This document shows, in pieces, positions 59,901-64,000 of a stretch of 64,000 bases of DNA; the stretch's first letter is position 1; each line of letters opens with the position of its first letter. The notes under the pieces were generated by a model. It did not search any database and was not told the DNA's origin. It saw nothing but the letters and a program-made list of their open reading frames with translations. Both the position numbers and the translations under genes were made by a program. Source of the stretch: Camelus ferus (taxonomy: Eukaryota); assembly GCF_009834535.1 (NCBI RefSeq), contig NC_045696.1, positions 61,444,001 through 61,508,000 of the forward strand, in the 5' to 3' direction.

Positions 59901-62256
59901 TACAGAGAGAAGAGATTTGTTCTATTTAGTGAGAAATAAAACTTAAAATTCTTGCAATTTTTTCTTCTACTTCTAAATGCCACAGAAAAGGTAAGCCTCG
60001 CATTTTTGAAAATGCACTACTTTTACCAGAATATTGAGCTTCCCAGTAAGAAAAACCTTTTTGAAATGAGAGCTTAAGTTCTTAAGGCCAGTTTCATCTG
60101 GCAACGCACAAATGTCAAATACCTTTTTGTCAGAAATATTACAATTTAAATATATATGGACAGAATCCCCCAAATTTCTTAAGATACGTGAAAAGGATAT
60201 GTGTGAAGGGGTCAATCATGTGTTTCTAATAATCAATTACTATCTTGTTAAAAAATAATTACTAGAAATCCATACTACATTAAGAACAATCTAAGGTACT
60301 TTCTCTTGCACACTTCCAGATACCATTGTCTACTGAGGGTCTCCAACTTGATTCAGGAATACAAGGACTTGTGACCAAGAAACAAGCCATGTAGAGTAAC
60401 AGAGACAGAAATAAATCAAATAAGTGAGTCACATCATCTCAACCACATTTTTGGTTTTGTCTATATCCAACAAAAATGTTGCGTTAGAAGAAATAATGCG
60501 AGGAGGCTAAAGCAGTCTGAGTTCCTGAAGAGGTGGTAGTTAGCATAAAAACTGGAGTTAAATAGGTGGCATTTTAAACCACCTCTAGAAAATCCAAAGA
60601 AAAGATAATCATAATTAGTTCTATACCTGACTCACTAAAAAGATTATTCTATACAAACATAATGCAGCAGTATTAACTTATATACACAGTAATTTTCTAA
60701 TTTTCCCAATAATGATCTGCTTAGACATTGGGAAATCAATTACATCTCTAATATAATAGTCCAATCACAGAAATTTTAAAATATTAAGAAAAGTTATCAT
60801 CCCATTCCTCATCCCAATTTTATTATAAATTTTCCTCTACCAACTTTGACGTGATGTTTCATGCCCACAACCTAGACAATGAATGCAACATTTATTTATC
60901 ACTGCAAAATAAAAAACAGAACTAGCTTTAACTATAAACCAGCAACTCATAAACAACCTGTAGTGGTTAAAATATAAAATTTTACCTAACCAGATCTTGC
61001 ACGTCAAACTCCAGATATATTAAAAATGGAAATGTTCTCTGTATCTAACAAATTACCAGGTAAAGTATAGATCTGCTAAAGGGAGGGAACTAACATCGTG
61101 ACCTCCTTCCAAAATGACAAACTAGAACGGCAAAATCACAATCAGGCACATGGAGTACTCTTCTCTCAAATCACTCCACAGAGAACTTCATCATTTGCTC
61201 CGCCCTCTAATAACTCATGCAAAAAAAGTTCAGCACCATCAGAGAGAAACAAGACAGAGAATTCATAGAATGGCTTAAGGGCCTTTCCTCCAGGCGGTAA
61301 GAGAATCTGCGTGTGCCCTTCGCAGGGGTCCAAAGCAAAAGAAAACCGAGGGTTTGGGGGATACTGACACACAGAAACTGGTTTTCTCTCAAAGAAGTTT
61401 CTGCCGTCATTGCTATTTTATCAGCAGGAGGCCCCGGCGCCATCGTCTCAGTCTTTATTATTTTATTATGGGGAGGTGGGAAACGCCACCAAGGGTTCCT
61501 CCAGGCCTTTCCTATTAAGGTTGGGGAGGGTTCCCCCTCATTCTTCTCTCAGAACCTCAGTCTTGAGGGTACTCCTGACCACCCCCTCTTTCTGGCGGCC
61601 TATCGTCGGAGATCCGTAAAGGCGCTGCCGAACCCACCAACCTCGCCGTTAAGGCGGGAGGGCCCGAGCACGCCAGGGCCACAGCGATGGCTCCGAGGGG
61701 CCCAGAAAGGGGAAGGGCAGGCCAGAGACAGGGGGGAGAATGACCTGGCCAAGGAAGAAAGGAAAAAGGAGGTGAGGGGATGCGCTGCACCCCAACTATG
61801 CACAGAGAAGAGGAGAAGATGATGAAGGAGGAGGGCGGTGGCCCGGGTGCGGCCCCCCACCTCTCCCGCCCCCAGGTCCCCGGGCCGACGGGGGCGGATG
61901 GGCTCGGCCCATTCCCTGAGTCTAGGCTGAAAGGGAAAACGGGTGGGGAGGTCGCCCTCCATACTGTGAGAAGACCGAGAACGAGGGTATGGGGTGCGCG
62001 GGGGGGCTGTCTCCCGCCTGAACCCGGAGACCCGACGCCGTCGTCGCCTCTTCCTCAGGAGAGAGGACGGGAGCCGTGGGTAAAGCCCGAGGGAGAAATG
62101 CACGAAGGTACAGGGAAGCCCGGGGCAGACCGGGCGCTCGCTCCAGACCCTACTCTCCACCTTCCGGTAACCGCGTCTCTTACCGGTGATGGCGGTGAAC
62201 TGCTGAATTAACCCCTTCAGCGCCGAGGACGCCGCGGAGCCCCCGTGGGCAGCCAT
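21441..62256 (-). CDS. UBXN7: UBXN7 (UBX domain protein 7; p97/VCP adaptor, UBA-UAS-UIM-UBX), 11 coding exons, 489 aa
   Basis: Exons 73+148+68+66+113+147+91+128+394+80+162=1470 nt, all introns GT-AG, continuous frame [35 protein letters not shown]; near-identical to mammalian UBXN7 as I recall it. Confidence 0.98.
22934..23013 (-). CDS. UBXN7: UBXN7 exon 10 (80 nt)
   Basis: TTTAG|GA acceptor, CTA|GTAAGT donor; (G)[26 protein letters not shown]. Confidence 0.97.
23132..23525 (-). CDS. UBXN7: UBXN7 exon 9 (394 nt, UIM and acidic linker)
   Basis: TTGCAG|GAG acceptor, G|GTGAGT donor; [28 protein letters not shown](G). Confidence 0.97.
25000..26345 (+). mobile_element. Old L1 ORF2 fragments (antisense to UBXN7)
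   Basis: 'agataaaatggacaaattcctagaaagacacaatctac', 'caaagttggaggacttaca', 'aacaaatggtgctgggac'; internal deletion; degenerate. Confidence 0.85.
27142..27196 (+). repeat. Compound (AG)n/(GT)n microsatellite
   Basis: Directly visible. Confidence 0.95.
28022..28149 (-). CDS. UBXN7: UBXN7 exon 8 (128 nt)
   Basis: TTTAG|GT acceptor, TCA|GTAAGT donor; (G)[42 protein letters not shown]. Confidence 0.97.
28697..29018 (-). mobile_element. Young 5'-truncated L1 3' end with 16-bp TSD
   Basis: T-rich tail on the left; TSD TAATACAAACAATTTT at 28681-28696 and 29019-29034; about 91% identical to the copy starting at 49748. Confidence 0.9.
29128..29218 (-). CDS. UBXN7: UBXN7 exon 7 (91 nt)
   Basis: AACAG|GTT acceptor, G|GTAAGA donor; [30 protein letters not shown](G). 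Confidence 0.97.
29495..29658 (-). mobile_element. tRNA-derived camelid-type SINE
   Basis: Reverse complement of the SINE head: 'gctctaccacttgagctataccctcccc'. Left boundary approximate. Confidence 0.85.
29940..31652 (-). mobile_element. L1: 3' UTR joined to an ORF2 (RT region) segment, with internal deletion
   Basis: L1 3' end at 29940-30420 followed by ORF2 sequence; the ORF at 31093-31545 ([27 protein letters not shown]) is degenerate L1 reverse transcriptase. Confidence 0.92.
32395..32541 (-). CDS. UBXN7: UBXN7 exon 6 (147 nt, UAS domain)
   Basis: TACAG|GCC acceptor, CAG|GTGGGG donor; [49 protein letters not shown]. Confidence 0.97.
35610..36060. mobile_element. Old LTR (MLT1/LTR16/33-like) remnant
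   Basis: 'cacctttgcaactaggtgtggccatgttgccaagttccagtcagtggg..agctggaaagcaaacatgg' resembles old ERVL/MaLR LTRs. Confidence 0.55.
37559..37734 (+). mobile_element. tRNA-derived camelid-type SINE
   Basis: GGGGAGGGTATATCTCAGTGG..GGTTCAATCCCC..(AAAT)n..AAACCTAATTACC tail. Confidence 0.9.
38078..38190 (-). CDS. UBXN7: UBXN7 exon 5 (113 nt)
   Basis: GTCGCAG|TT acceptor, ACA|GTAAGT donor; (I)[37 protein letters not shown]. Confidence 0.97.
39397..39462 (-). CDS. UBXN7: UBXN7 exon 4 (66 nt)
   Basis: CTGAAG|CT acceptor, A|GTAGGT donor; (A)[21 protein letters not shown](I). Confidence 0.95.
41480..43122. mobile_element. Charlie1-like hAT DNA transposon remnant interrupted by an MLT1 LTR (~41798-42239)
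   Basis: Charlie1-like motifs ('cagtattgggaagctatcaagctc', terminal 'cagaccccctgaagggg..ccagaccacactttaagaatcac'); nested MLT1 'tgtggtagac..ttcctgacccacagaaactg..gttacacagtaatagac'. Confidence 0.75.
43590..44400 (-). mobile_element. L1 3' end fragment with (TG)n expansion at ~44053-44104
   Basis: 'gaagtatagtcgatttacaatgttgt..ttccacatataagtgatat..gggactgctggatcatatggt..ggagggttcccttttctccacaccctctccagcattta'. Confidence 0.92.
45276..45343 (-). CDS. UBXN7: UBXN7 exon 3 (68 nt)
   Basis: AACTAG|A acceptor, G|GTAAGT donor; (E)[22 protein letters not shown]. Confidence 0.97.
47938..48085 (-). CDS. UBXN7: UBXN7 exon 2 (148 nt, UBA-like domain)
   Basis: TTTCAG|GT acceptor, GA|GTATGA donor; (G)[48 protein letters not shown](E). 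Confidence 0.97.
48910..49714 (-). mobile_element. Ancient L1 (L1ME-like) fragment
   Basis: 'tctgaaaatgcctttatttt..cctgaaagacagtttcactg..attgaagatagcattccagtgtcctctggcttc..ctggaactccaattaggtgtatgttag'. Confidence 0.65.
49728..50187 (-). mobile_element. Young 5'-truncated L1 3' end with T>C (sense A>G) hypermutation
   Basis: Aligns ungapped to 28751-29019 over 269 bp; ends at 'tggctgagtag'; possible degenerate TSD 49715-49727 / 50188-50200. Confidence 0.9.
50899..50942 (+). repeat. (CA)17 microsatellite, read as (UG)17 in UBXN7 pre-mRNA
   Basis: Directly visible; embedded in an L2-like remnant (~50740-51360). Confidence 0.95.
54057..54241 (+). mobile_element. tRNA-derived camelid-type SINE
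   Basis: GGGGGAGGGTATAGCTCAGTG..; A-rich tail; flanking TTTTTCCTCT repeated on both sides (TSD-like). Confidence 0.9.
54330..54530. mobile_element. MIR remnant
   Basis: 'cactagttgtgtgactctgagctagttactaatttctctagccctcagtttcctcagttacaaaacaggg'. Confidence 0.7.
55590..56580 (-). mobile_element. L1 3' end fragment carrying an internal 97-bp non-L1 insertion
   Basis: L1 3' UTR/ORF2-end motifs on both sides of 56109-56205, which duplicates 55143-55239. Confidence 0.9.
56620..56930. mobile_element. MER20-like DNA element interrupted by an MLT1 fragment (~56735-56852)
   Basis: 'gggggcactactgacatttagtgg' and 'aaaaaattgtcctagccaaaatgccaa' flank MLT1-like 'gacttctggcctccagaactgtaagagaataaatg..ttgttacagcagccacaggaagctaatac'. 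Confidence 0.6.
57264..57626. mobile_element. MLT1A-like solo LTR (about 363 bp)
   Basis: TG...CA ends; 'gggctgctataacaaaaataccacagattaggtggcttaaacaac..ttctggaggctgggaagttcaagatcaagg..attcagtctataaca'. Confidence 0.85.
58045..58200 (+). mobile_element. tRNA-derived camelid-type SINE
   Basis: GGGGAGGGTATAGCTCAAGTG..GGTTCAATTCCC..A-rich tail. Confidence 0.9.
58205..58665. mobile_element. L2 3' remnant
   Basis: Ends with the L2 terminus 'catgcctggcacatagtgccgtatcaataaatactgaat'. Confidence 0.7.
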
Positions 62257-62570
62257 CTTACCGCCGCCGCCGCTGCCGCCGAACAACAACACAGACACAC
62301 ACGGACCGCCCTCCCCCACCTCGCCGCACGGTTTGCGCAGGCTCATTGACCGCCCCCTAGCTCCGCCCCTCCTACCCCGCCCCCCGCGGCGGTCAGCGCA
62401 GGCGCACTTCCAGACCGGTTCGGGAGCGCTCTCCGCTCTCCCGGTTGGCTGCTCGGTTGCTGCCTGCTGCTGCACCCTTCTTTACAACCTCTGTTGCCTT
62501 CCTTTCCAAGCTCCGAGGCCACTCTCATAGGCCGATATCACCGCGATATCGGTTCCTGGTTTCCGAAGGA
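61590..62570. promoter_or_regulatory. UBXN7: CpG island / UBXN7 promoter and exon 1
   Basis: Abrupt rise in GC and CpG content; YY1-type AAGATGGC over the start codon; GC boxes 62361-62385; NRF1-like GCGCAGGCGCA 62396-62406; ETS-like CACTTCC 62405-62410; no TATA box seen. Confidence 0.9.
62184..62256 (-). CDS. UBXN7: UBXN7 exon 1 coding part (73 nt)
   Basis: GGTAAGATGG start context; [24 protein letters not shown](G); donor G|GTAAGA. Confidence 0.97.
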
Positions 62571-63122
62571 AGCTTCAAGCTTGGCAGGCAGTAGATTCCC
62601 TGTCTTTCAGCTTCACAAGCTTTATTGACAGACTCAACTGCCGATGACAGTTTATTTTTTCTTTTTTGCAACTCCGGAGCCCTATGCTAGGTTTCCTGTA
62701 GCTCCCATCAAAATACAAATCCTACATCATCGCACCGAAGCGACTTTCGCACCTGTTCTCCAACCACTAAACTAATTGCTTGGCCCGTCCAGCAGAAGTA
62801 AACTATTAGAACCCTTCGTGCCAATAAAGCACAGGGCTCAGAGTCTGATACATAGTAGGTTTTAATAAACGATTGTCCAGTCCGCTTTCCTTCAATAAAT
62901 ACGTCAACACATCTCCTCTTAAGGTCTCAGTTTCCTCACCTATAAAATGAGATGTCATTTATGTAAAGAAGAAATGTATATAAGTATACACAATATAGGA
63001 AAGAAATGTATAGAAAGGTCACTGGAAAGGTGTCCTCAAATATAATGGTTACCTCTAGAGAGGGGAGCAAGGAGGGGGTGGTGAAAGGGGACTTTGAGGG
63101 ATTCTTTTATCCTTTATTTTTA

Positions 63123-63262
63123 GGGTTTGGGGGAGGAGAAGAGGGGAGGGAGGTAATTAGGTTTATTTATTTATTTATTTTTAGAGGAGGTACTAGGGAT
63201 TAAGCCCAGGACCTCGTGCATGCTAAGCATGTGCAGTACCACTTTCAGCTATACCCTCCCCC
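63123..63262 (-). mobile_element. tRNA-derived camelid-type SINE with TSD
   Basis: Reverse-complement SINE; TSD TATCCTTTA(T/G)TTTTA at 63108-63122 and 63263-63277. Confidence 0.9.
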
Positions 63263-64000
63263 TATCCTTTAGTTTTAAAAAATATAATATGAGTATGTTA
63301 TGTATATGATTTAAAGTACTTTAAAGAAAACAATTATAGGAGTACATTCAATCCTGATGATCCCCACCTTGAGGATAAAATTAAAGAGACTCAATTTAGG
63401 TTCTAGCCTCCCACCTCCCACCCACATATTTTGCATCTACACAGGAAAATGGCCCAATAAAAGATGAGTCATCTGGAGAAATGACCCATCCAAAGCACCT
63501 GTAAATGCACTATTGAGGTGAATTTAAAAATAACCAAGTCAAATCAAAGTAACCATAGGGTTATATGATTGGTGTATAAGAAAGCAGTCTCCTAATCAAA
63601 AGTATCGTCAGTTAAATGACAAACCTCCCAGGTTGCTACAATGCTCTACGAGGGTTGAGGAAACCTAGGACCCAGTTGCGGGTTGGGGAAGCTGTTTGGT
63701 ACATATTGACCCAGAGGTGCAAAAAAAGGAAGGGAAAACCAGAGCAAGAAACAGTGTGACATCTTCCTTCCTAAAGGCCTTAATCCTAAAGTCTGTGTCA
63801 CTGTAGCCAACTATGCAAAATCGGACTCCAAATAAAATAGTCCAACACCATTGACTACAAAAACTAGATACAATTATTCCTGCACCTCCATTAAATGAAG
63901 AGGCTAACAATGAGATCTGTATGTTTATTTCCAAGGTCTTAGGGTTCAGATATACTGATGTGGTTTTTAGATAAATCTTATGAAAAAGTGAAGATTGTGG

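Noticed and set aside
61600..62475. 291-aa ORF (and overlapping 169-aa and 143-aa plus-strand ORFs) as novel proteins
   Set aside because: Stop-poor CpG-island sequence; only 62184-62256 matches UBXN7 and it is bounded by a canonical donor.
5286..63262. Six tRNA-like sequences with A and B boxes as tRNA genes
   Set aside because: They have A-rich tails, a shared non-tRNA 3' segment (CCTAATTACC), TSDs in several copies and mutual divergence; they are SINEs, not tRNA genes.
63400..64000. Possible start of another gene, pseudogene or ERV-derived coding fragment at the window end
   Set aside because: No convincing ORF, splice pattern or protein motif recognised; it would need BLAST or RepeatMasker and more downstream sequence.

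Overview
Mammalian genomic DNA, most likely camelid: six copies of a tRNA-derived SINE resemble the camelid Vic-1 family. Two intact, spliced protein-coding genes lie in tandem on the minus strand. UBXN7 is complete: 11 coding exons from 62256 to 21441, 1470 nt = 489 aa, a CpG-island promoter and an inferred ~8 kb 3' UTR ending near 13290. TM4SF19 is complete: a non-coding first exon near 7.6-7.75 kb and 4 coding exons from 3663 to 647, 609 nt = 202 aa. I traced all exon boundaries by hand; every intron is GT-AG and both frames close exactly. The rest is intronic or intergenic DNA rich in L1, L2, MIR, MLT/LTR and hAT-Charlie remnants and microsatellites. Most ORFs in the supplied track are spurious. 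I found no evidence of a new multi-gene system. The most interesting signals are: (i) an L1 copy carrying a strand-specific A-to-G cluster with ADAR-like neighbour preference, possibly an edited RNA fixed in the genome; (ii) a candidate poison exon in UBXN7 intron 1 with a (UG)17 tract at its acceptor; (iii) apparent loss of the ancestral TM4SF19 start codon, plus an overlapping uORF; (iv) an osteoclast/macrophage-type motif cluster at the TM4SF19 promoter; (v) a 97-bp copy of neighbouring DNA inserted inside an L1. Gene and repeat family names come from memory, not from database searches.
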